A stretch of 43,685 nt of DNA from IMG/VR virus record IMGVR_UViG_3300032233_002662, positions 1 to 43,685 of that record; one strand, written 5' to 3'. The notes beneath the pieces were generated by a model. It was not told where the DNA came from. It ran no database searches and saw nothing but the letters and a program-made list of their open reading frames with translations. Positions within the stretch are counted from its first letter, which is position 1. Each line of letters begins with the position of its first letter. Below, in pieces: positions 9,620 to 19,036 of the stretch. The stretch is from a virus. Its lineage: Duplodnaviria; Caudoviricetes. Made by a program: the position numbers and the translations under genes.

Positions 9620-11866
9620 ATGAAACATTTATTATTTTTTCTGTTGTGTCCCTTATTTTTATTTTCTCAAGACACATTATTTAATAAGAAACTAGACAAT
9701 ATCACAGTTACTTCTGTAACTAAAAAAGAAACCAATGTAGCTGTTCTTAATATAATTAGGAACAGCTCTGTTGTTTCTGATGGATTATCTGTTGAATTTA
9801 TTAAAAAAACACCTGATCGTACTGTTGGAGACGCTCTTAAAAGGATAAACGGTGTTACTATCCAAAATGATAAATTTGTATTAGTACGTGGTTTAGCTGA
9901 TAGGTACAATTTAGCTTTACTAAATAAAACATTACTTCCATCTACAGAACCAGATAGAAGAGCTTTCTCATTTGATATTATCCCATCAGGATTAATTGAT
10001 AATATTATTATCGCTAAATCGGCTGCTGCTAATTTACCTGGAGATTTTGCAGGAGGAATTGTACAAATAACAACTAAAGACGTATCAAATAATTTTTTCT
10101 CCTTAAGCACAGGATTCAGTTATGGAACGGTGTCTACATTCCAAAAATTCAAATCGGTGGAATATACGCCGTTTCCGCAGAGCTTTCCATCCACATATCG
10201 ATTCCGCATAGGAAGTAATGGTGATAGAAGAGCATATACTCAATTAATTAATTCACCTAAAGTACGAACTATTAGCTCTGTGCCTAATACAAATAATTCA
10301 TTTTCTTTTGGATTAAAAAAGAATAAATGGAATTTAGTATTTAGTTCAGTTCATAGATATTCATACTCAATAAATTATACTGACAGACAAGATTACCAGT
10401 CATCAACTGAACTAGCATACAAATACAAAGATACTTCTTATTCTACTACACAATTGGTAAATGGATTAGCTAATATTACTTATATAGGTAAAAATAAGTA
10501 TAGCTTAAAGACATTATTTAATCATCAAGTAGAACAATTATATTTAACTCGTAATGGAGAAAATTATGATAACGTTCAAAATGTAAAAAGTAACTCATCT
10601 AATCACATTGTTAAAACTGTTGTAAATTCTCAATTTGATGGTAAAATTAAAACATTAGATTTCAATTTAGGTTATAATTTGATGTTACGTGATCAACCCG
10701 ACTATAGAGTTAATCCAATTACTAAATCATTAGGTGTAAATGAACCCTATGCTGTTGCTTGGAGAGACACATATCGTTTTTGGAGTGTAATGAATGAAAA
10801 TAGTTTTAATGGGAGTATTAATAAAACTTTTGATAAAATTAAAGTGGGTGGTGGCTATCTTAAAAAGATAAGAAATTTCCAAGCCAGAATATTCAGATAT
10901 GAGGCTACAGATATGCTAAATGAAATCACAAATAACACAGATAGATACAAAGCTGATTTTGATTTAGCAACAGGATATGCAATGTATGATAGTGATTTTG
11001 GAAAGTGGAAATTAAATACTGGTTTGAGAACAGAATATAACCTATTTGATGTTAACACAGCTGACTTTAGTGGTCAAAAAGTAAATGTGAATAGAGAATA
11101 CCTTGATCTACTCCCATCATTAAATTTATCTTATAACTTAGATAAAACTAAATTTAGGTTTTCAGCTAGTAAAACCTTAGCACGTCCTGAGTTTAGAGAA
11201 GTAGCTAATTTTGCCTATTATGATTTTGTTCGTAACGCACAAATATTAGGTAATTCTAAATTAGAAAAATCAGACATCTACAACTTAGATCTTAAATATG
11301 AATATTATCCTAAATCAGGTGAAAATATATCAGTTGGAGTATTCGGTAAGAACTTTATCAAACCTATTGAACAAATAGTAGCAGATGGTTCGGTTCCATC
11401 TAATTTATTACTTACTTTTACTAATCCAAATAAAGCAACCGTTTATGGTATTGAATTTGAATTACGTAAAAAAATAAATAATTGGTTAGATTTCTACACT
11501 AATTCATCTTTAATTCATTCCGAAGTAAAAGTAAATGGGATTAAACGTCAACTACAAGGTCAATCAAACTACATTGTAAATGGTGGTTTAAATTTCCATA
11601 AAAATAAAAATACACTAAACGTTACATATAACCGTGTCGGAGATAGACTATCAGCTGTTGGTTTCCAAGGGTATGCAGACATATTTGAAAATAGTAGAAA
11701 TATTTTAGATGTAGTATACTTAAGAAAAATAAATAAAGGCGAAATTAAGATTGCAATAAACGACATTTTCGCTCAATCATCAATATATTATCAAAAAACA
11801 AAAGGCGATTTAATTAAAACAAACAACGAACAAACAATTTCATTAACTATTAATTTCAATTTATGA
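9620..11866 (+). CDS. TonB-dependent outer-membrane receptor
   Basis: Signal peptide; plug domain (DALKRINGV...VRGLADRYN...GDFAGGIVQITTK); beta-barrel motifs GLRTEY, LLPSLNL, ARPEFRE; C-terminal strand ISLTINFNL. Confidence 0.92.
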   Translation: MKHLLFFLLCPLFLFSQDTLFNKKLDNITVTSVTKKETNVAVLNIIRNSSVVSDGLSVEFIKKTPDRTVGDALKRINGVTIQNDKFVLVRGLADRYNLALLNKTLLPSTEPDRRAFSFDIIPSGLIDNIIIAKSAAANLPGDFAGGIVQITTKDVSNNFFSLSTGFSYGTVSTFQKFKSVEYTPFPQSFPSTYRFRIGSNGDRRAYTQLINSPKVRTISSVPNTNNSFSFGLKKNKWNLVFSSVHRYSYSINYTDRQDYQSSTELAYKYKDTSYSTTQLVNGLANITYIGKNKYSLKTLFNHQVEQLYLTRNGENYDNVQNVKSNSSNHIVKTVVNSQFDGKIKTLDFNLGYNLMLRDQPDYRVNPITKSLGVNEPYAVAWRDTYRFWSVMNENSFNGSINKTFDKIKVGGGYLKKIRNFQARIFRYEATDMLNEITNNTDRYKADFDLATGYAMYDSDFGKWKLNTGLRTEYNLFDVNTADFSGQKVNVNREYLDLLPSLNLSYNLDKTKFRFSASKTLARPEFREVANFAYYDFVRNAQILGNSKLEKSDIYNLDLKYEYYPKSGENISVGVFGKNFIKPIEQIVADGSVPSNLLLTFTNPNKATVYGIEFELRKKINNWLDFYTNSSLIHSEVKVNGIKRQLQGQSNYIVNGGLNFHKNKNTLNVTYNRVGDRLSAVGFQGYADIFENSRNILDVVYLRKINKGEIKIAINDIFAQSSIYYQKTKGDLIKTNNEQTISLTINFNL

Positions 11867-13065
11867 AAAAATTATTAGGACTTATTTTAGTATTAGCATT
11901 ATTTAGCTGCAAGAAAGAATTAGGTGGTGGTGAAGGACCAATCAATGTACCTTCAACTACAACATTGGTTGGTAATATTAACACAACAACCACATTAACA
12001 TCAGACAAAGTTTGGACATTAAAAGGTTATGTTTATGTAACCGACGGTGCTAAACTTATCATCCAACCTGGAACCACTATTATAAGTGATATTGCTGAGA
12101 AGGGTGCTTTGTGTATTGAAAGAGGAGCTCAAATTATAGCTGAAGGTACAGCTGCAAAACCAATTATATTCACCTCAGGCAAAAACGCTGGAGAGAGGTC
12201 TCCTGGTGATTGGGGTGGTATTGTAATTTTAGGCCGTGCCAAAACTAATAGATCATCAGAACCAACTATTGAAGGTGGTATTGGTCGTCCCTATGGTGGT
12301 ACAAATGATGCTGATAACAGCGGAGTATTAAAGTATGTTCGTATTGAATATGCTGGTATTGCTGCATTACCTAATTCAGAAATTAATGCCTTGACATTAG
12401 GAGCTGTAGGTAGTGGTACTGTAATTGAACATGTTCAAACAGTATATGCTAACGACGATGCATTTGAATTTTTTGGTGGAACTGTATCTCCTAAAAATAT
12501 ATATGCATTTGCAACCGCGGATGATGATTATGATTTTGATTTCGGTTATACTGGAACTGTAACAAACGGTGTATCAAAGCGTGATCCTCAATTCGTAGAT
12601 AATGGCGATGCCGGTAACGGTGTAGAATGTGATAATGATGGTACTGGCTCACCTGCAACACCATTTACACATCCTAAATTAATAGGTATGGTATTGGTTG
12701 GGCCATTTGATGCTGCTTCATTAGCAAACCATAATTTAGGTTTAAGATGGAGACGTGCAACACAATTCACAATGACTAATTCTAAAATATTAGGATATAT
12801 GAAGGGTGGATTTAGTATTGAATCAAATGAAACCGCTCAATCTTACAAAGATGGTATTTCTAAATTTCAAAATAATGAAATTCAATCATTTGACCCATTA
12901 CAAAATTTTAGATCTACTTCTACTGTATTTATAGCTGCGGATATGAAAACAAAGTCGTTAGGTGAAGGCAATAAAGAAGTAAACTACACTAAATTAGAAA
13001 TGGAAACTTTAGCAAAACCATCATGGATTAATGGATGGACTCGTTTTCCGTCTAAAGGACAATAA
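11863..13065 (+). CDS. surface lipoprotein with beta-helix fold, partner of the TonB receptor
   Basis: Lipobox LFS-C followed by KKE (Bacteroidota-type export signal); GDWGGIVILG, SGVLKYVRIEYAG, DDAFEFFGG and DDDYDFDFGY repeats. ATGA overlap with the receptor gene. Confidence 0.85.
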   Translation: MKKLLGLILVLALFSCKKELGGGEGPINVPSTTTLVGNINTTTTLTSDKVWTLKGYVYVTDGAKLIIQPGTTIISDIAEKGALCIERGAQIIAEGTAAKPIIFTSGKNAGERSPGDWGGIVILGRAKTNRSSEPTIEGGIGRPYGGTNDADNSGVLKYVRIEYAGIAALPNSEINALTLGAVGSGTVIEHVQTVYANDDAFEFFGGTVSPKNIYAFATADDDYDFDFGYTGTVTNGVSKRDPQFVDNGDAGNGVECDNDGTGSPATPFTHPKLIGMVLVGPFDAASLANHNLGLRWRRATQFTMTNSKILGYMKGGFSIESNETAQSYKDGISKFQNNEIQSFDPLQNFRSTSTVFIAADMKTKSLGEGNKEVNYTKLEMETLAKPSWINGWTRFPSKGQ

Positions 13066-13751
13066 TGAATCAACAATTAACCATAGTAATTCCTTGCAAA
13101 AATGAAGGTAAAGGAATAATTGATGTGTTAAAATTGATTTTATCTCAAATTGATTGCAAAATAATAATAGCGGATTCCTCAACTGAGGAATCTTCTATTT
13201 TATTATTAAAAAAATATCAATCAATATGTAAAAATATAGAAATAATTGAGGGTGGATTACCTGCTATTGCTCGCAATAATGGAGCTAAACTAGTAACAAC
13301 ACCTCATATCTTATTCCTAGATGCCGACATATACCCAGAACAAGATACGATTAAAAAATGTATTAGAGCTGCTATTAAAGGCAAATATGATTTAGTTACT
13401 TGTAAATTTAAAACAGATAAAGGGTATAATTGGTTATATAGAGCCTTTGATGTATTTCAATGGTATAGTTCAAAAACAAAACCATTTGCTTTAGGTGGCT
13501 TTATGTTATTTAAAACAGAAATCTTTAATAAATTAGAAGGATTTAATGAAAAAGATAAAATTGCCGAGGATTATCACCTCAGCTCCAAAATTAAACCTAA
13601 CCGTTTTAAAATCACAAACGATTTCGTTTATACTTCAAGTAGAAGATTTAGTAAAAAAGGTGTATGGTATATGATTGTATTAGCTTGGAAATCATGGCTA
13701 AACAGAAATAATGATGAGTTTTTTAAACAAGATTTTAATTATTGGAAATGA
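13065..13751 (+). CDS. family 2 glycosyltransferase
   Basis: IVIPCKNE, ARNNGA, LFLDAD, EDY and TSSRRF motifs. Confidence 0.9.
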   Translation: MNQQLTIVIPCKNEGKGIIDVLKLILSQIDCKIIIADSSTEESSILLLKKYQSICKNIEIIEGGLPAIARNNGAKLVTTPHILFLDADIYPEQDTIKKCIRAAIKGKYDLVTCKFKTDKGYNWLYRAFDVFQWYSSKTKPFALGGFMLFKTEIFNKLEGFNEKDKIAEDYHLSSKIKPNRFKITNDFVYTSSRRFSKKGVWYMIVLAWKSWLNRNNDEFFKQDFNYWK

Positions 13752-14494
13752 AAAATTACAAAGCAATAATAGTTTCTGATTTACATTTAGGTACTAAAGA
13801 TTCTAAAGCTGAAGAATTTTTAGAATTTATAGATAAACACCCAACAGATCTTTTAATATTAAACGGTGATATTATTGATGGTTGGGCTTTAAATAGAGGA
13901 TCAAAATGGAAAAAACAACACACTAAAGTACTAGGTAAAATATTAAAATTATCTAATAAAATACAAGTAATTTGGATTAGAGGTAATCATGATGAATTTT
14001 TACAAGAATTTATAGGTAATAATTTTGGTGGTATAGAATTTAGAGAAGATTATAAAATTGAATATGCTGAACATATTGAATATGATAATTGGGAAAGAAG
14101 ATGTTATTATGTTTTTCATGGTGATGTAATTGATGTGTTTATAACAAAATATACATGGTTATCTAAATTAGGAGCTATTGGCTACGATTTTGCCTTAACT
14201 TTAAATCGTTGGTATAACAAATATCGCAAATGGTATAAATTACCTTACCAATCAATATCCCAAAAAATAAAAAGTAGTGTTAAAACAGCTACTAATTACG
14301 TCAATGATTTTGAAACTACAGCATTAAAAATGGCTGAAAAGAAAGGATGTGATGGTGTTATGTGTGGCCATATCCACCAACCAGAAGATCGTATAATAAA
14401 TGGTAAAAGATATCTTAATAGTGGTGATTGGGTAGAAAATATGAGTGCAATACTTATCGACACACACGGAAAAATTCACATTTATAATAATTAA
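13748..14494 (+). CDS. plcP: calcineurin-like metallophosphoesterase, PlcP/LpxH2 family (phospholipase C-like; usually annotated UDP-2,3-diacylglucosamine hydrolase)
   Basis: SDLHLG, GDIIDGW, GNHDE, HGD, CGHIH and YLNSGDWVE motifs. Start moved to the ATG at 13748, which overlaps the GT2 stop (ATGA). Confidence 0.75.
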   Translation: MKNYKAIIVSDLHLGTKDSKAEEFLEFIDKHPTDLLILNGDIIDGWALNRGSKWKKQHTKVLGKILKLSNKIQVIWIRGNHDEFLQEFIGNNFGGIEFREDYKIEYAEHIEYDNWERRCYYVFHGDVIDVFITKYTWLSKLGAIGYDFALTLNRWYNKYRKWYKLPYQSISQKIKSSVKTATNYVNDFETTALKMAEKKGCDGVMCGHIHQPEDRIINGKRYLNSGDWVENMSAILIDTHGKIHIYNN

Positions 14495-14497
14495 GTC

Positions 14498-14623
14498 ATG
14501 TACAAAATCGTAGATTTACTATTTAATTTTAACACAGGTAAAAAAATTAATCTTGAAAGAGATATAGCTTGGGGCTTTATTGCGTTTTTTCTAATTTTTG
14601 CTTTAGTTAAATTAACTGCATAA
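14498..14623 (+). CDS. small membrane protein (41 aa, not in the ORF track)
   Basis: MYKIVDLLFNFNTGKKINLERDIAWGFIAFFLIFALVKLTA has one C-terminal hydrophobic helix. It starts 3 nt after the previous stop. Confidence 0.55.
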   Translation: MYKIVDLLFNFNTGKKINLERDIAWGFIAFFLIFALVKLTA

Positions 14624-14635
14624 TTAAAACAACCA

Positions 14636-14680
14636 ATATTTATAGGTAGCTTGGACTGTCCATGCTACCTATTTATGTTT
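14636..14680 (+). promoter_or_regulatory. ATATTTATA motif overlapping a stem-loop (possible terminator of the upstream cassette)
   Basis: Motif at 14636-14644. Inverted repeat ATAGGTAGC-T-TGGA-CTG-TCCA-T-GCTACCTAT at 14642-14672, followed by a T-rich tract. Confidence 0.55.
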
Positions 14681-14684
14681 AATT

Positions 14685-15656
14685 ATGATCAAATTACTCA
14701 ACCTAGCTAAGCAGATATTAAAAGAAGGTGGTAACGTATTCGGTACTACTGATTCAATTGAAAAAGATAACATTGAACCTACAATTGAAAAATTTGTAGA
14801 GCAATTATCTAAAATATTCCCTGCTAAAGCATCTACATTTACCTCATTTGAAAAATTAGGATCAGCCGGTAAGAAAAATGTATCGGGTGATATTGATTTA
14901 TCATACGATATTAAAAATATATTTCCTGGTGGTAAACCCGACTTTAAAGGTTGGGGTGTAGATGAAAGTAAATATAACGACTTATTAGCACAATTTACTA
15001 AGAAAGCCAGAACAGCATCACCTGAGAAACTTCAGTTACGTGCTATGATTGTATTAATTGGAGATAAAATTAACGATGCTTTACCTGATGTTGAAGTAGA
15101 TCTTAAAGCATCTGGTGCTGGTTCTATATTTTGTGCTGTTCCTCAGTACGGACCTAACGGTGAAAAAGTAGGTAAAGCAGTTCAAACCGACATTAACGTA
15201 GGTAATCCTGAATGGCTACGTTTTAGTTATTATTCTCAATCATATGAAGGTAATGTTAAAGGTTTACACCGTACACAGTTAATGTTAGCTTTATTTGCTA
15301 ATAAAGGTAAATCATTTGGTCATACTACAGGCGTAATTGATAAAGAAACAGGTGAAAAAGAAGCATCTAATCCTAAAGAAGCTATTGCTTTATTAAATCA
15401 ATTATATGGCTTTAATTTAACTCAAGATATTCTAGATGATTATTTTAAGTTAGAAGATTTTATGAGGAAAAATATATCTAAAGAAGAATATAATTCTATT
15501 ATGGATAGATACCTTAAAATACTTGACTCAACTCGAGCAGACATACCAGATAATTTACAAAAATACTGGGTTGATAATCAAGATAGATTAGGATTAAAAG
15601 GTAAATTCTTACCGGATAATTCTAAATTAATTCCTTACCAAAAAGAAAAAGCCTAA
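14685..15656 (+). CDS. Pol-beta-superfamily nucleotidyltransferase with virion-targeting leader
   Basis: GSAGKKNVSGDIDL plus a third Asp in VQTDINV. Leader is MIKLLNLAKQILKE. Confidence 0.7.
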   Translation: MIKLLNLAKQILKEGGNVFGTTDSIEKDNIEPTIEKFVEQLSKIFPAKASTFTSFEKLGSAGKKNVSGDIDLSYDIKNIFPGGKPDFKGWGVDESKYNDLLAQFTKKARTASPEKLQLRAMIVLIGDKINDALPDVEVDLKASGAGSIFCAVPQYGPNGEKVGKAVQTDINVGNPEWLRFSYYSQSYEGNVKGLHRTQLMLALFANKGKSFGHTTGVIDKETGEKEASNPKEAIALLNQLYGFNLTQDILDDYFKLEDFMRKNISKEEYNSIMDRYLKILDSTRADIPDNLQKYWVDNQDRLGLKGKFLPDNSKLIPYQKEKA

Positions 15657-18600
15657 TGTCTGGATCAGCAGGTGGAAATAGAATTACTAGAGAATCGGTT
15701 GCTAAAACCGTTGACTCCTATATTAACAGGATATTAAAAAAATTTCCTGCTTTTAAAAGCGCCAAAGTTTCAGGCTCATATAACACAAGCGCTAAAGAAG
15801 ACTTTGGTGATATTGATTTAATTGTTAATCTAGAATCAGAGGATAAAAAAGGGGTTAAAGTAAACTTAGCTAAATTTCTATCATCATTATCAGACGATGT
15901 TATTGTTCCTTTTAAAAGTGAAAAATATAAAGGTAAAAAATACCTAAACACAGGTGAGATAGTTACTATACTATATCCTATAGAAGGCCAATCAGGCGAA
16001 TATGTTCAAATAGATAATATTGTTTCTGTAAGTGATGATGAGGCTGAATTCAAGAAAGAATTTTTAGATTATCCTGCTGAAATACAAGGATTATTATTAG
16101 GATTAGCTAAAGTTATATGTTTAGAAGAAGATCCTAAATCAATATTTGCTCGTATGGGTATTAATAACATACCTGAACTTGAGGTAAATCAAGAATATGA
16201 ATTTAATTTATCAAGCGCTGGATTGACACTACGTATCGTAACATTAGATAACTTTAAAGAAACTGATCGTACCGAAGTATGGAAAACTAGCAACTGGTCC
16301 AACATCAAGCGGCTATTTACCAACTACAAAATAGACGGTAGCTTCGAAGATCTATTAAATGATATATCATCTAAGGTAAAAAACCCACGCTCAAAAAATC
16401 GCATTAAAGGCATTTTTAATTCGATGGTATCTATTAAAAGTGGTGAAGTAGGTACACCTAAAGGCGATAATAAACAAAAATCATTAGATAAAGTGAATAA
16501 TACATTAAGCGAAACAAATTTAGGCAGATACCTTGTATCATTACTATTAGAGCAAGACCAACCAACAATAGCATTATTCCCAGGTAAATTCAAACCACCA
16601 CATAAAGGGCACTTTAGTGTAGTAAAACAACTACTTAATAAAGCAGATCAAGTAGTAGTATTAATTTCACCTAAAATACACGATGGCATTTCACCTGATG
16701 AAAGTGTTGCTGCTTGGGAATTATACAAAGATCAATTAGTAGATGGTAATAAAGTTGAATTAAGAGTATCGGCTGTTACACCTGTTAGAGATGTGTATGA
16801 TTTTGTAGAAAATAATCCTGAATTAACAGTATATGCTGCTTATGGTAAAGGTGAAGAGAGTAGATATAAAAATTTAAGTAAGTATCCAAACGCAAAAATA
16901 TTTGATGCTGGTAATTTTGGTGGTTTAAATGCTACTGATCTTAGAAAAGCAATAAGAGATGGTAATGAAGAAGAAATTAAAAAATTCTTACCTGATGGAG
17001 TTGAAGTAGCTGATTTTCTACTAGCAATGGGTAAAAAGGCTAAAGAAGAACCTAAACCACAACCATCTCCACAACCCGAACCGCAACCTGAAACACCTCC
17101 TGCAGCTCCTGTAGCTGAAAGAAAATACCAGAATCAAGACGACATGTTTGCTGATTATGTTTTATCTAAAGAGGCAGATGTTGAAGATACAGCTCAAGTA
17201 TTCAATATACCTATCCCAGATGTAAGGTATGCATTTACAGTAGGTAATATGGTAGTATTATCTGATGATATTTGGAATAAATTAGAAAATAAAAACCATG
17301 AAGATGCAGATAGTGAAATTAGTGGTCCTCCTATGATTTTAAATTATGATACAGATAGATATTATTTGACATATGGTAGTCGTATATTAGCTGATTATAA
17401 AAAATTAAATAAAATACCTAAAGTATTACTGGGTGTTTTAGATTTGGAAGGCCCTAAACCATGGCCTTTAAAAGAATATTCCGATAAAATTGTTAATCAA
17501 TTAGTTGATAAATTTAAGCAGGAAAAACCTAATCTAGGAGTTGATATTATCAAAGCATATATTAATCGCTTTAGTCAAATTAAAAATAATCCTAGAGTAA
17601 CTGAAAAAGATATTACTAAATATAATTGGAAAGACCTAGAAACTACAGTTGATGCTAATCAACCAAAACGCATCAAGGCAGGTAAAATAAACGATGGTGA
17701 ACCTAGTAAAGATGCTAATTTAGTTTATAATCAAAATGGATTAAGAATATATGTAGGTAAAACTAAAAACGCTTGTATTAAATACGGCAATGGATATTCA
17801 TTCTGTATCTCAGCTCGTGGTGATGATAATATGTATTATGACTACAGATATGAACAACAAGGAACACCATACTTTGTGTTTGATGATGAAAAATCATCTG
17901 AACAAGATAAAAATGGAGATTTTATAGATCCAACTCATTTATTAGTAGTATTTGTACATGAACATCCTGAATTAGCCGATGATGACGACGATGATGAAAC
18001 CAGATATATTAGATATAGTAATGAACCTAGCTACACTGTAACTACAGCAGATAATCCTGGTGAAAGTAATTATTCAAATTTCCAATCAATAGAATCTGTT
18101 TACCCTGAACTGAAAGGGCTAGAAGATATATTTAAGCCTGTAGAAGTAGATCCAAAAGAAAAAGCAGAATATAATCTTGATAGAAAGTACGATGCTTTAT
18201 TAGGTTCTATTAATGAAAGTTACGGTAATAGGAATGATAGAAATTATCAAGAAGGATTCTGGGAAAGATATAATTTTGGAAGTATTAAGTGGGCTAATAA
18301 ACTTATTGATGAGTTTATAAATGATAAAGTAGAAGTATATCGTTTTAGTGGAAGACTTAAACCTGGAGCAGAAGGTGATTATATAACAAATACCGTAAAT
18401 CAAGACAGACTTGTAAAAGTGGGAGGTAAAATAAGTGTAGAAGATCAAAAGAGAAGTTTTATAGAAGAAATAATAATACCACTTTCATATGATGGAAATG
18501 CTAAAAACCTTAATATTATAGATGAGTGGGACGTAACATATAAAAAAACAAACACCTCAGATCCTTTATTTAAAAAATATCTTGAAGAAATTAAACAATT

Positions 18601-19033
18601 AGTAGATAAATATAGAAATGATTTGTCTAAACTAAGGTTAATGAAAGAAGGTTTAGAACGCAAAACCAAACTAAACGAAAGCGAAACAGCTACTATAGGT
18701 GAATTTATAAAATATGCGATCAAAAACTTGGAAATACAAAAACCTCCACGTAACTTAACCTTCTCATACGATAATGCGACTGCTAAGGAGAAAAGGAGTT
18801 TTGGTTATTTTGATCCGAATGCTAATAAGATATGGGTGTATTGCGGAAATAGAAACATGGCTGATATTTTAAGAACACTAGCACATGAATTAGTACACCG
18901 TAAGCAAGACGAAGAAGGACGCATTAATTACGAAAGTGGAAAAACAGGAAGTGATATAGAAAACGAAGCAAACGCTAAAGCAGGAATCTTATTAAGAGAT
19001 TTTGGCAAACAACATAAAGAAATATACCAATAA
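15656..19033 (+). CDS. multidomain protein: Pol-beta nucleotidyltransferase, HxGH cytidylyltransferase-like, degenerate ParB-like, PcfJ-like and zincin metallopeptidase domains
   Basis: SGSYNTSAKEDFGDIDL and VQIDN; FPGKFKPPHKGH; Pro-rich linker; ACIKYGNGYSFCIS; TLAHELVH...ENEANA. Confidence 0.7.
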   Translation: MSGSAGGNRITRESVAKTVDSYINRILKKFPAFKSAKVSGSYNTSAKEDFGDIDLIVNLESEDKKGVKVNLAKFLSSLSDDVIVPFKSEKYKGKKYLNTGEIVTILYPIEGQSGEYVQIDNIVSVSDDEAEFKKEFLDYPAEIQGLLLGLAKVICLEEDPKSIFARMGINNIPELEVNQEYEFNLSSAGLTLRIVTLDNFKETDRTEVWKTSNWSNIKRLFTNYKIDGSFEDLLNDISSKVKNPRSKNRIKGIFNSMVSIKSGEVGTPKGDNKQKSLDKVNNTLSETNLGRYLVSLLLEQDQPTIALFPGKFKPPHKGHFSVVKQLLNKADQVVVLISPKIHDGISPDESVAAWELYKDQLVDGNKVELRVSAVTPVRDVYDFVENNPELTVYAAYGKGEESRYKNLSKYPNAKIFDAGNFGGLNATDLRKAIRDGNEEEIKKFLPDGVEVADFLLAMGKKAKEEPKPQPSPQPEPQPETPPAAPVAERKYQNQDDMFADYVLSKEADVEDTAQVFNIPIPDVRYAFTVGNMVVLSDDIWNKLENKNHEDADSEISGPPMILNYDTDRYYLTYGSRILADYKKLNKIPKVLLGVLDLEGPKPWPLKEYSDKIVNQLVDKFKQEKPNLGVDIIKAYINRFSQIKNNPRVTEKDITKYNWKDLETTVDANQPKRIKAGKINDGEPSKDANLVYNQNGLRIYVGKTKNACIKYGNGYSFCISARGDDNMYYDYRYEQQGTPYFVFDDEKSSEQDKNGDFIDPTHLLVVFVHEHPELADDDDDDETRYIRYSNEPSYTVTTADNPGESNYSNFQSIESVYPELKGLEDIFKPVEVDPKEKAEYNLDRKYDALLGSINESYGNRNDRNYQEGFWERYNFGSIKWANKLIDEFINDKVEVYRFSGRLKPGAEGDYITNTVNQDRLVKVGGKISVEDQKRSFIEEIIIPLSYDGNAKNLNIIDEWDVTYKKTNTSDPLFKKYLEEIKQLVDKYRNDLSKLRLMKEGLERKTKLNESETATIGEFIKYAIKNLEIQKPPRNLTFSYDNATAKEKRSFGYFDPNANKIWVYCGNRNMADILRTLAHELVHRKQDEEGRINYESGKTGSDIENEANAKAGILLRDFGKQHKEIYQ

Positions 19034-19036
19034 GTT

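Noticed and set aside
9570-9620. Pho box upstream of the TonB receptor
   Set aside because: Only weak TTAA repeats 10 nt apart are present, with no convincing 11-nt direct repeat.
9620-14494. Host-chromosome contamination or prophage boundary
   Set aside because: The cassette has the same strand, AT content and tight spacing as the flanking phage genes, and there is no integrase or att-like repeat. Read-level confirmation is still advisable.
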